From a virus (taxonomy: Duplodnaviria > Heunggongvirae > Uroviricota > Caudoviricetes): a stretch of DNA of 64,000 bases. Below the pieces are notes generated by a model, which saw nothing but the letters and a program-made list of their open reading frames with translations, made no database searches and was not told the origin of the DNA. The stretch covers positions 330,267-394,266 of the IMG/VR virus record IMGVR_UViG_3300021400_002728; one strand, written 5' to 3'. The translations under genes were made by a program, and so were the position numbers. Positions 30,301 to 35,242 of this stretch are shown here, piece by piece (the stretch's first letter is position 1; each line of letters opens with the position of its first letter).

Positions 30301-31431
30301 TGCATTGTCTGATCCAGTATCAATAAGAGCAATGTAATCAGAATAATCAGTAGTTTCAGTATTTTCAACTTCCTCATTTAACTGAGCGAGAGCATCATTA
30401 CCATCGTTAAGATCTTCAAGATCAGCTACGTCTTCATTATTCTCATCAGTTGCGATAGAAATTACCTTTGACAAGTCAGAGATAGAATCTACCTTATCAA
30501 CATAGTAAGAATAAACGTATCTTGCTTCCTCAACAGACGAACACTCAATAATATAGACGTCGTCGAAATTAGATACTACGTTTGTGTTCTTTGTGAAAAC
30601 AGAAGAGTCACTAGTCTTTACAAGTAAATCAGAAGTCTCTACAAGAGATTCATCAATTTCAGTAAAGTAATGATCGAAAACTACGATAGGATTAACTTTA
30701 ATAGTCATCTCATCAGATGCAACTTCTTCGTCATCTACAATTAACTTACCAACAATTGTGTATTCACCAGCTTTGTCGAAAGTAATTGCTGCGCCAGTTG
30801 CAGACTTAGTTTCGATATTGACTCCATCACCAGAAAATTCGAATGTATATTCTACATCCTTAGTCTCTTCGTCAATAGTTACCTTTGCAACTACTTCTGC
30901 TTCGATTTCAAGTGTGTCACCCTCACTTACAGTTTTGTCACTAGGTAAAGTAACGCTGTACTCATATTCAGGTTCAGCAGTCTCTTCAACTTCTTCTTCA
31001 TCAATTGGATCTTCATCAACGATTTCATCTTCCTCAGTAGGTTCAGCATCCTCGTCAGTATTGTCCTCGTCTTCATCATCAACTGATATCACAGTGTCAG
31101 GGTCGGTTCCATCAGTATCAGAACCGTTATCAATGTTTGGCGGAGTATCTACATCAGGATTATCTTGATCCTGTGCATCCTCGTCGCCAGGAATTGCGTC
31201 TACATTTTCATCATTAGACTCATCTTCAACAATGATAGTATACGAGTCGTTATCCTCCCCGTCAACATGTACTCCATTTTCATCTACAACAATAGTTGTA
31301 GTTTCTACAGGAGTATTGTCAACATCATCATCTGCAAAAGCAGTAACAGGACAAGCAGATACTACCATTAAGAGAGAAAGAAACCCAGAAAGGATTCTTG
31401 CCCCAAGCGAATTAGTTTTAATTCTTCTCAT
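18328..31431 (-). CDS. Giant cell-wall-anchored adhesin: S8 peptidase + SpaA-like isopeptide domains + VaFE (T-Q ester) repeats
   Basis: Signal peptide (VTAFA), acidic stalk, IALIDTG/NGHGS/AAGN/YTSDA subtilase motifs, EIKAPTGY and ETKAPFGY, repeated V(V/A)FE...HxDxxDxxQT, then PPKTG + TM + RRKK. Confidence 0.85.
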   Translation of the reverse strand: MRRIKTNSLGARILSGFLSLLMVVSACPVTAFADDDVDNTPVETTTIVVDENGVHVDGEDNDSYTIIVEDESNDENVDAIPGDEDAQDQDNPDVDTPPNIDNGSDTDGTDPDTVISVDDEDEDNTDEDAEPTEEDEIVDEDPIDEEEVEETAEPEYEYSVTLPSDKTVSEGDTLEIEAEVVAKVTIDEETKDVEYTFEFSGDGVNIETKSATGAAITFDKAGEYTIVGKLIVDDEEVASDEMTIKVNPIVVFDHYFTEIDESLVETSDLLVKTSDSSVFTKNTNVVSNFDDVYIIECSSVEEARYVYSYYVDKVDSISDLSKVISIATDENNEDVADLEDLNDGNDALAQLNEEVENTETTDYSDYIALIDTGSDNADVKFSVVGDDVNDSNGHGSRMLELIKSENPDAKVMSIKVFNGSTTDAASVYSGIKLAIANNVKIINLSLVGSDVEKNAIVKDVIQEAINNGIVVIGAAGNYNISATKFIPGCIDAVITIGAANSDGSKKSISNYDADYYVVADYTSDATAIFTGLYSAGITESSILFDGDYNPTIIEEVIEPERDLSDLDANPFIKAFVEQTGYDYSIDENGKVEIYIPEEEESEPFDFVLQGTATNVEITKDVMNTISGTYTGTCSFTPDVDNPGYGYVTISGNNNVFEQIFNGRTIDVDCEGHEAHGNNTQSHYAFVLTGPTVNYQATATVSDNGNTTNVVFSVLFSNDNFKARTWTEHTDTYTVDTTIKSTSIEHLNGSGKWVNGALPDGKTEHRLTIKTHWKLTKKTDDTTVQTWEGDYTYENNSLYLSTSDMSTYENTAKSNAAGAAAAEAKKHVVVLTPYKGKRNVGDLTGLLTSGGLSQKYEQCTQNQIYAGSADAWCWNYIYLNLRKQCDEQFQYLVRGNSYFSLEGATFAVYSDSNFSNPVKDAISNQDVIFTVDANGNSTSTATLLYNLYQGHTLYIKETKTGRGYNAGETGTVSMNIGGGETATAVLNNTPLTDPTHLQFVKISDKTGQPVWDAGTRPENAEYTITMYELDANGNATDTVLRTSVFKTDEYGKVDFEDPYYFVRGDEPLKHPLINNIYCWTYGYYTIQETKVPTNAQQTGLIRNTSIYKLYYRPNTYSSGGTNVTAAYKKFYENDILVYDTETGYVNSDYKYGGDDLLYTYEQDEDIIRTVEGEVWYPLGIYKADMDFAVLGYTSNTILGIPEGSSTYDGAQFQLFTTTTQNTYGNSFFSYTMNNPNGTKVLSLGSGVSSVSTLDGFGVAGTTSFGTTLYPVLSDGQPVVITTNSNGYAQTDLKFPYSSEYRFVEIKAPTGYTINTQIQVVTDNWTTGENGDTLIGLDNYSGHVNAVGIINSRRFGAAEDLVYRYGFAMWKKDLTNSNDTLSNTQGNTSLNGIRFAVINRSNNHVVMRSIYNTVDSSYVTINDSQEIGKDRICAVITTHTHNGLEGYLTMYGLPYGVYDIVELKYDAADNTSLIGQTYDGNGMGNSTYANNSGIMWDGSNYFSIDYTTAGNKLYHGDSSSSMSHFTWNYNTPTSNPDHIAENKAFVDGFQGYKLDEDYLQVTEGDSNANGIRFAVINRSAYEVEILQSDINQLSQVDPNWNATNTVLNVPNVQFIPGGTSIAGIGTGNANARIAPGEVVAILTTHNGPSTVTAGTHTGAKVDGYFAIYGLPYGTYEVVELRRDAEISVGQNWNSVNKGTSIYANDSFYWNNISITYDLTDINHSTPHNTVSSALAIHNDPYNTGTSRYTDDVYRDGFSFWKRDSVYHFTTDHPQGDSTWNDIRFVVINRSDDQVKMFNKYTQLMPTSDQPYVEIRDNVAINPGCVVAILTSHQKSNVATDELTKGYEQGYVSLYGLPYGQYEIRELRSDATIQVGENYDTSTKLGTSCFANYRTNSQLNSIRTAVNGNPSMLYRGDIYFYYTLHDTGTGSDDHNGGNVSNGGAGTATAGELIAMGDLYTVDDNGEDTWDNETVYGNIRIRKIDDETKITGHNQGSNKLNHVQFAIVNRSYWSVCYPYTEDLANAEDRYFAPNEVIAVLETDENGECFIEHLPYGTYEVYELRINQSYNTQVRTINIADNNGQLIEKECYGNSIQPHFVWNDQAMAAYKDWTKDCQAKEAGTAVNGIAGQEGQYFGNDDRANEWYTWNENIANYFVVQPEWKHQIGSAYKTHTEDDRTIRGYNGLTTNKQYGPTYVPQEFQFTWSDLPIRGDFRMQKVNLDGRLMAYVPWLVSLVESDENGDPIQNADGSYNVIEQHVMVLDFDSTFDSRNWDARPKTVNNVNQYDSYVTFDTTLNKLVWTGTKEDLKNATTGNIWFGELALEQPNSKYLTNKRGALLAGTYVIQEIPRVTEYGYPKNGEGAQEEINLGNGQVRTIMWNTEDYDMISSTLRVIHDNPNPVFYLDDWDIGVDVPLTIESEAIDAITETNSTIPDSDGLLRDTVTFGGLTTTQRYGYITYIWRCDEDGNPIEKIYTSDMCTLDFTGDTHTEGGRTYNTIRNANTTFESVMPGTFVTEHGSFTVVDNNYVLFRDADGNFTQEYAPQHDPTYNRIDTLYNLSIIQDFNLDTSMMQEGEKLVFAVDLYKSMGTQGWSLLKQHNQYLDEKSQYVGVIKFSTESTDKTTRTRVAGIGGYAYGEEGMPLVNNAENTGNLVYNADGEIVGYTLIDDKIVYSNLGDGHNYRFTAKLTYVDENGNDTVVKDIYGHDCSTGLVAILIDKDLDHVVYGTDIVYENNGANTILQHSLEGPCDGEITFSDLGIMDWIIPNMPNDAETVYIKTYLYDASGPVITCHNFDLDEEEENIRWIQIDTTAMSEDGEEGILPNGRSWDLDGNLIKNDAILRDRIDYSNLAEAIDVRVEGYVYLVGYDEEGNRVVDKNNGLDTPYVAHETKNFSLTDTEGSLEMQYNIIDSGQYANRDLVVCERVYMELPGHAGVHADGKYVPGPGSEMDARHTVYTCVQCGETFTSYDESKYHERRNHHHCAKQIRYDTITNDNYYLNDDGTTEVLIALHEDLNDMMQTVSIPEIETHLVNRHEGTNYKVVSREYADVTVYDTVTFKNLKVGEPWVFTAELMDQETKQPVLDAEGNPVVATGTITPDANNSTIDPVTGRAYGTIEIPITFKQVLTALDWESDPSWVCFESMTKGDNTEFKYAVHNNIYDERQTVHLPTFRTTVVSTVADPAAEAAVNAKDRQIQAAPNQTITDTVEIKNVGLDTVIKSNLKDTDNTITDIIPSTFTLRIAAVDGETGEPIVDADGKQFTATKKVIVDVKRDADGKVITPYVTTINGVENSGEAFFKQYPDGNGTDFTQLLLGTDDKPILVDIDLTIDATKYKGKTIMFEERLYFGEFDTEGHEVLIEDDFTNVEQQVTVPDLHTTAVDAETGEHTITISGNNATGDDWYLHAEDPSTYDWKIKDTVSMNKITPNTDYTLVTIVINKDTGKPVVNLADGSKFIQYTPYKSPASVATGAAVEYKCECGKDGCVGIIAVDDEFDIELNLNKTDARNGGTFVVYEYMLLGTNNTYVPDETVAVPNDCYAYHNDINDAEQTIVIPEIHTEFLESHTEIHVVPLEEDTTVTDYVHYTGLVPGKKYIMQCVLMDKSTGEPYHLTNESEDTLELITQDVPFTASDTGEGDVEVSFTIPADQLHDFDHNLDKDHLNINRTVTDTGTAPEVDDDGNPVVEPTDVSGNDDTRVITNEYTEEEARTERGISDEEKINVTKSTQIIAFERCISDEEPSHVYAIHADIEDEKQTILIPRIFTHLIDTVIGDHVSRWNTKETITDTVTFVSLQADKEYTIKGYLVNVDTGEPILDKDGNRITATKTFIPKDLPDTQVTISDGKLIASGNVDLVFTFDSTALKGTHVVAFEDCYYNEIKVATHSEIDDQWQWTFVPEIGTTANGYVRAIENKGIEYREKVVPYGETVQIVDVVEYNKLLPGVWYDMSGIVMDKETGKALEIDGKTVTAVTRFLPAESSGKVEVIFTLDTTGLEGKTLVVFEECLYVGAKKDGTPNKEAVAKHEDISDEDQTIYIPKVRTTVKDEDGNTQVFLDGTQTQTIIDTVSYEHLVPGKKYTVTGTLVFKREYGEDEEYEYVKDAEGNKITASAEITPTEENSTIGEDGLASGTVNVTFKFNAGLVAGRKVVVFEDMYLNNVRVATHSDINDEKQTFDTSMKLHVKLVKSDFDNHVYVLRNAEITIFTDENCTQIAKDINGNDCVGKTNENGEVEFIIITYDENQIFYAKETKAPFGYKICNTVIPIKGSPYYGASEDKTDYTEDTSLKESDGICAINLKMFDKIIIIPPKTGDNLPILPITILSLLGVLCIGAFFATRRKKTVTDNDSTDNVDEDVEEDVMEAMTSMMTEEIDGDGHNDSGF

Positions 31432-31520
31432 CTTAATGCTCCTTTATTTTTAATTTGCATACTAAAAAGACTATGTGTCGCTGATAACACATAGCCTGGT
31501 GACCTAATTAATGTGTTCAT
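31428..31520 (-). CDS. 30-aa leader ORF overlapping the adhesin start
   Basis: GGGAGG SD 10 nt upstream; MNTLIRSPGYVLSATHSLFSMQIKNKGALR; its TGA overlaps the adhesin ATG (ATGA). Confidence 0.45.
   Translation of the reverse strand: MNTLIRSPGYVLSATHSLFSMQIKNKGALR
31464..31496 (-). terminator. Terminator in the adhesin leader
   Basis: GGCTATGTGT-TATCAGCG-ACACATAGTC followed by TTTTT. Confidence 0.7.
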
Positions 31521-31560
31521 TTTTCAGCATCCTCCCAAATTTGTGATTTTTTCACATTTA

Positions 31561-31579
31561 TAATAATAAATAGCTCTTC
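31561..31579 (-). promoter_or_regulatory. Element-specific box (GAAGAGCTATTTATTATTA) upstream of the adhesin
   Basis: One mismatch to the consensus. Confidence 0.65.
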
Positions 31580-31593
31580 ATCGAAGGACCATT

Positions 31594-31628
31594 ATTATAT
31601 CATATTTATATTAGAGTTGTAAATAGTT
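31594..31628 (-). promoter_or_regulatory. Sigma-A type promoter towards the adhesin
   Basis: AACTATTTACA-18 nt-TATAAT with extended TG. Confidence 0.65.
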
Positions 31629-31669
31629 TTTTCAAAAAACAGTTACAATCTTTTATAAGAACCATTGTA

Positions 31670-31687
31670 TATTCTTAAATAGCCTTT
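31670..31687 (-). promoter_or_regulatory. Variant element-specific box (AAAGGCTATTTAAGAATA)
   Basis: GCTATTTAA core in the same orientation as the other copies. Confidence 0.4.
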
Positions 31688-31722
31688 GTTTTGTATAAAA
31701 TAAATACAATAAATTTTGCAAA

Positions 31723-31756
31723 ATATATTTACAAATCATAACATTCATGATATAAT
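31723..31756 (+). promoter_or_regulatory. Sigma-A type orphan promoter (+), first of a tandem pair
   Basis: TATTTACA-17 nt-TATAAT with extended TG. Confidence 0.7.
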
Positions 31757-31830
31757 TATCTCATAATAAATATTACGGATGTAACCCCGGTAATACTCCG
31801 TTAAAAAATTTAATAAAGAAATTTTTAAGA

Positions 31831-31864
31831 AACTATATACAAATCGAACATTTCATGATATAAT
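31831..31864 (+). promoter_or_regulatory. Sigma-A type orphan promoter (+), second of the tandem pair
   Basis: AACTATATACA-17 nt-TATAAT; spacer resembles that of the first promoter, suggesting duplication. Confidence 0.6.
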
Positions 31865-32003
31865 ATATCTATAATAAATAATTAGTTCCTTGAAAAATCT
31901 ATATTCTAAAAATTATCCTACCCAATAATTTTTAGTTTAATGAGAAATCATATTACCCAATGAAACTCATTTACAGCATCTAATAACTTAATATTCACAA
32001 TTA

Positions 32004-32040
32004 AATAAGATGCTATAACTCGATAGCATCTTATTATTTT
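32004..32040 (+). terminator. Terminator for the + strand non-coding transcript
   Basis: AATAAGATGCTA-loop-TAGCATCTTATT followed by ATTTTT. Confidence 0.65.
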
Positions 32041-32059
32041 TGGGCTCATTTTTAGGAAT

Positions 32060-32092
32060 AAAATAAAAGAGCCTCAACTTTCGTCAAGGCTC
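32060..32092 (-). terminator. Terminator after the HHDA lipoprotein gene
   Basis: GAGCCTTGAC-GAAA-GTTGAGGCTC followed by TTTTATTTT. Confidence 0.85.
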
Positions 32093-32118
32093 ATAGTTCT
32101 TTGAAAATTTATTTTATT

Positions 32119-32841
32119 TTATTTCTTTTCTTCACCACATTCAGAACAAACTGTATGAGTATGAGGAACTTCTACTTCAACTTCTTCATCGTAAGCATCA
32201 ACTGTTTCTGTATGAGTCTGAGCGTCATGATGAATGGTTTTATAAGTAGTATCATGATGTACTGTAGAAGTATGTGGAATCTGTACAGTAACTTGTTCGT
32301 CCCAAGCAGGTGTATCAACTACTGTTTCATCCCAAGCAGGTGTATCTTCTACCCAAACACGAATATACTTAGATATATAACCACCATCTGGTGTATATTC
32401 GCGCTCTTCTTGATATTCATAATGACCAGTAGCATCATGATGAACAATTTTATAAGTAGCATCATGATGGATTGTTTGTGTCTCTGTAGTATATGTGGTT
32501 ACTGTTTCATCCCATGCAGCTTTATCAACAACTTGTTCATCGTAAGCTTCTTTATCAACAACTGTAGTAGTTTCGGCATCATGATGTACAGTCTGTATCT
32601 CTGTAGTATAATATGTTTCTTCTACCCAATTATGTTCGCAAACTTCCTGTGTAGATTCAGAGGTCTCCTGAGTAGCTTCAGAAGAATCCTGAGTTTCAGT
32701 TTCGTCTTCAACTGTCTGCTCGATCTGAGTAGGATTAGTCAAAGGGTCATTAGATAAATTATGTGCACCGCATCCAGTTAAAATTCCAAGTGAAATTGCT
32801 GTAACGATTGTGATTGTAACTACAAGACTTTTGTTTTTCAT
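32119..32841 (-). CDS. Lipoprotein with HHDA / A(W/Y)DE repeats closed by a CxH...CxxC site
   Basis: Lipobox LTGC; CEHNW...5x HHD(A/T) and 5x A(W/Y)DE...HTVCSECG. Confidence 0.8.
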   Translation of the reverse strand: MKNKSLVVTITIVTAISLGILTGCGAHNLSNDPLTNPTQIEQTVEDETETQDSSEATQETSESTQEVCEHNWVEETYYTTEIQTVHHDAETTTVVDKEAYDEQVVDKAAWDETVTTYTTETQTIHHDATYKIVHHDATGHYEYQEEREYTPDGGYISKYIRVWVEDTPAWDETVVDTPAWDEQVTVQIPHTSTVHHDTTYKTIHHDAQTHTETVDAYDEEVEVEVPHTHTVCSECGEEKK

Positions 32842-33038
32842 GGTTTATACCTCCAGATATAAATTTGTGCTAAAGTTTTACCTTTAGCTGCCATTTAGTA
32901 AATCAAGTTCTCCAGCACTACCACTATTGTGATCACTGGATTTTTATCTGACTTACTATTTGAAGTATTTACTTACTAAAATACAGGTAATTTCTTACCT
33001 TCCACCTTTTATAGAACTATTATTTTATTTCTAATTAT

Positions 33039-33072
33039 ATTATAACAAGTTCTATGAAGAATGTAAATAGTT
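33039..33072 (-). promoter_or_regulatory. Sigma-A type promoter for the lipoprotein (about 190-nt leader)
   Basis: AACTATTTACA-17 nt-TATAAT with extended TG and an A-tract UP element. Confidence 0.8.
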
Positions 33073-33173
33073 TTTTTGAAAAAAGTTTCAAATTTTTTAT
33101 AAAAATATTTTCATTCTTCTAATCATCTAACTTCGATTTACCCGATCGAAATCATTTGATTTATTATGATTAT

Positions 33174-33207
33174 ATTATAACATGAATTTTTGTATTTGTA
33201 AATAGTT
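33174..33207 (-). promoter_or_regulatory. Sigma-A type tandem promoter
   Basis: AACTATTTACA-17 nt-TATAAT; upstream A-tracts resemble those of the 33039 promoter. Confidence 0.75.
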
Positions 33208-33348
33208 TTTTGAAAAATTTTTTAAATTTTTTTGTATTTATCTATTAACGAATTTTTCAATTATTTACTATTCGCTTCCTCCTTAAAACTTTTTAATCGT
33301 TAAAGGAATACATTTACCCAGATGAATTTCTTTATTGATTATGATATA

Positions 33349-33382
33349 ATTATATCAAGTAAAGCTAAATTTGTAAATAGTA
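33349..33382 (-). promoter_or_regulatory. Sigma-A type tandem promoter
   Basis: TACTATTTACA-17 nt-TATAAT with extended TG. Confidence 0.75.
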
Positions 33383-33401
33383 AAAGTAAAATATTTTATA
33401 T

Positions 33402-33440
33402 AAAAACAAAAGCGAGCAGACAGCATATCTACTCGCTTTT
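33402..33440 (-). terminator. Terminator closing the MinD/DivIVA/pilin operon
   Basis: AAAAGCGAGTAGA-loop-TCTGCTCGCTTTT followed by GTTTTT. Confidence 0.85.
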
Positions 33441-33513
33441 AGTAATTTTCATACTTAGTGAATTGTACTTCCGCTCATACTATAGAGTGTCCGCACAATT
33501 CCAATTAAGTTGG

Positions 33514-34224
33514 CTAGAACCATTTATCCTTTAGCACATCATCAGGATCTTTACCTACTATATCATAATCAGGAAGAAGTAGAACTTTATTATCAGGTGT
33601 GATAGTAAATCTACCTACTTTCATTCGATCAACAATAGGGTTAGATTTTCTGCTATTTTTTGCTTTTTCAAAATATTCCATCCATAATGTCTTCTTACTA
33701 TATTCTGTACCTGTGCTATTAAAGATGTCGTCATCAGTAAGTTCTCTCGGTTCTTGAGGAACATCAGACTGAAGTACTGAACTGATTTCATCGTCATCAG
33801 GTGGAGTATATTTCGGAATGACTGCCTGTGGTTGCTGTTGTTTTTGCTGTACAGGTTGCTGAACAACTTGAGGTTGAGGAGCAGGTTGCTGAACAGACTG
33901 TTGTACAACGGGCTGAACTTGAGGTTGTTCAACGGGTCTAGAGACTGGTTGAAGCTTTTGATGTTCAGGTTCATGAGTAACAGGTTGCAAAATAGGTTTT
34001 TGTACCTGAGGTTGTACAATAGGTTGAACAGGTGTTTGTTCCACAGGTTTTTGTTTTATTTTTAACTTAATTACCTTTGGCGTCGGTTCTAAAACCGGGC
34101 TTTCAGGTGGAATTATTTTTATGCACTGATTTTCAGGCGGAATAACTCTTATAGAAGGCTGAGGCGGAGTACTATATACAATATCCTGTTCTTGCAGTGA
34201 TTGTATAAAGTCCTGTAATGCCAT
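33514..34224 (-). CDS. P/Q-rich hypothetical protein
   Basis: GGAG SD; low-complexity QPVVQQ core and small C-terminal globular region. Confidence 0.7.
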   Translation of the reverse strand: MALQDFIQSLQEQDIVYSTPPQPSIRVIPPENQCIKIIPPESPVLEPTPKVIKLKIKQKPVEQTPVQPIVQPQVQKPILQPVTHEPEHQKLQPVSRPVEQPQVQPVVQQSVQQPAPQPQVVQQPVQQKQQQPQAVIPKYTPPDDDEISSVLQSDVPQEPRELTDDDIFNSTGTEYSKKTLWMEYFEKAKNSRKSNPIVDRMKVGRFTITPDNKVLLLPDYDIVGKDPDDVLKDKWF

Positions 34225-34358
34225 ATTGTCAATCTCCTATCTTAAACAAAAGATTCTCCTAGAAAATTAACTGAATCTAAACATTAAGTGAGCGATCCAT
34301 TAGTGTTAACATCTAGAAGAATCTTTGTCTATTCATTTAGTTTTCTAAATGTTCTGTA

Positions 34359-34709
34359 TTACTTAAGAATTACATTAGCTTCATTATTAGCCTTCTCAAT
34401 TACCTTATTACCCAATGTCTCAGCAGTATTACCAAGTTTCTTATAATTTACTGCCAGGAATACGAGACCGATAATAAGGATAAGGAATAATGCCTTACCA
34501 ACAATCTTAAAGATAGATACAGATCCCTGACCTTTTGCAAATTCAATACCGTCCTTAACAAGAGAAACGATAAGGAATAATGCAATGATACCACCACCAA
34601 TACCAGCAGCCCAGCTAACCAATGTGTTCATAAAGGTTGACTCAGTAGGAGCTGCGAATGCGAGGGTAATTGGTAAAATCTTTGAGATAAATTCAATTAC
34701 TGCAGTCAT
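34359..34709 (-). CDS. TcpD/VirB2 pilin-like small membrane protein
   Basis: 116 aa: leader ending LAFA, then two hydrophobic helices separated by KDGIEFAKGQGS. Confidence 0.55.
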   Translation of the reverse strand: MTAVIEFISKILPITLAFAAPTESTFMNTLVSWAAGIGGGIIALFLIVSLVKDGIEFAKGQGSVSIFKIVGKALFLILIIGLVFLAVNYKKLGNTAETLGNKVIEKANNEANVILK

Positions 34710-34724
34710 CGTTCAATCCTCCTT

Positions 34725-35231
34725 TTAGAATTTACTATACATGTAATCAAAGATCATTGCCATAGACTTATCATCAAATCTATTGATCTTATAATTACGT
34801 TTACGAAGATCGTCAACCAGGTCCTTGGCTACCTGATCAAACACTGGATTTGATGCATTGTCTGTTGCATCAACAACTACCTTAGCAGGAGCACCTTCAG
34901 ATTTGTTTCTGCGTTTATACTCGCGCTTAGGTTTATTGTTATTATTAAATAGCTCTTCAGATTCACTAGGTGACACCTCTGAACCTTCAGGAATACCTGT
35001 AGATTCCTCTGCACCTAATTCATCTTCTCCATTATTCGATTTTTCGTCGTCATCAAGAGTCACCTCTTCAACTAAATGACTCATCTGACTTTTTGCTGCA
35101 AGAGACATTCCATCAAGAAATTCATCTGTAGATACAGAATCCATCTGCTCTTCAAGAGTAAATTCTCTTTCATCAGAGGGTTCCTGCAGTTTATTAAGTC
35201 TATCTAATGCAGTTTCGTTATTATTAGCCAT
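34725..35231 (-). CDS. Acidic hypothetical protein
   Basis: GGAGG SD; part of the same operon. Confidence 0.7.
   Translation of the reverse strand: MANNNETALDRLNKLQEPSDEREFTLEEQMDSVSTDEFLDGMSLAAKSQMSHLVEEVTLDDDEKSNNGEDELGAEESTGIPEGSEVSPSESEELFNNNNKPKREYKRRNKSEGAPAKVVVDATDNASNPVFDQVAKDLVDDLRKRNYKINRFDDKSMAMIFDYMYSKF
34940..34958 (-). promoter_or_regulatory. Element-specific box inside a CDS, about 230 nt upstream of the pilin-like gene
   Basis: GAAGAGCTATTTAATAATA exact; translates as EELFNNN. Confidence 0.6.
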
Positions 35232-35242
35232 ATTGTACCTCC

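Noticed and set aside
33269-33284. 13-nt identity (TATTCGCTTCCTC) with the lepB RBS region at about 687-699, and an orphan SD
   Set aside because: Many 13-mer coincidences are expected in 64 kb, more so around SD sequences, and no start codon follows at the right spacing.
5416-34287. Shared TCTAAACATTAA 12-mer in two intergenic regions
   Set aside because: AT-rich and only two copies, consistent with chance.
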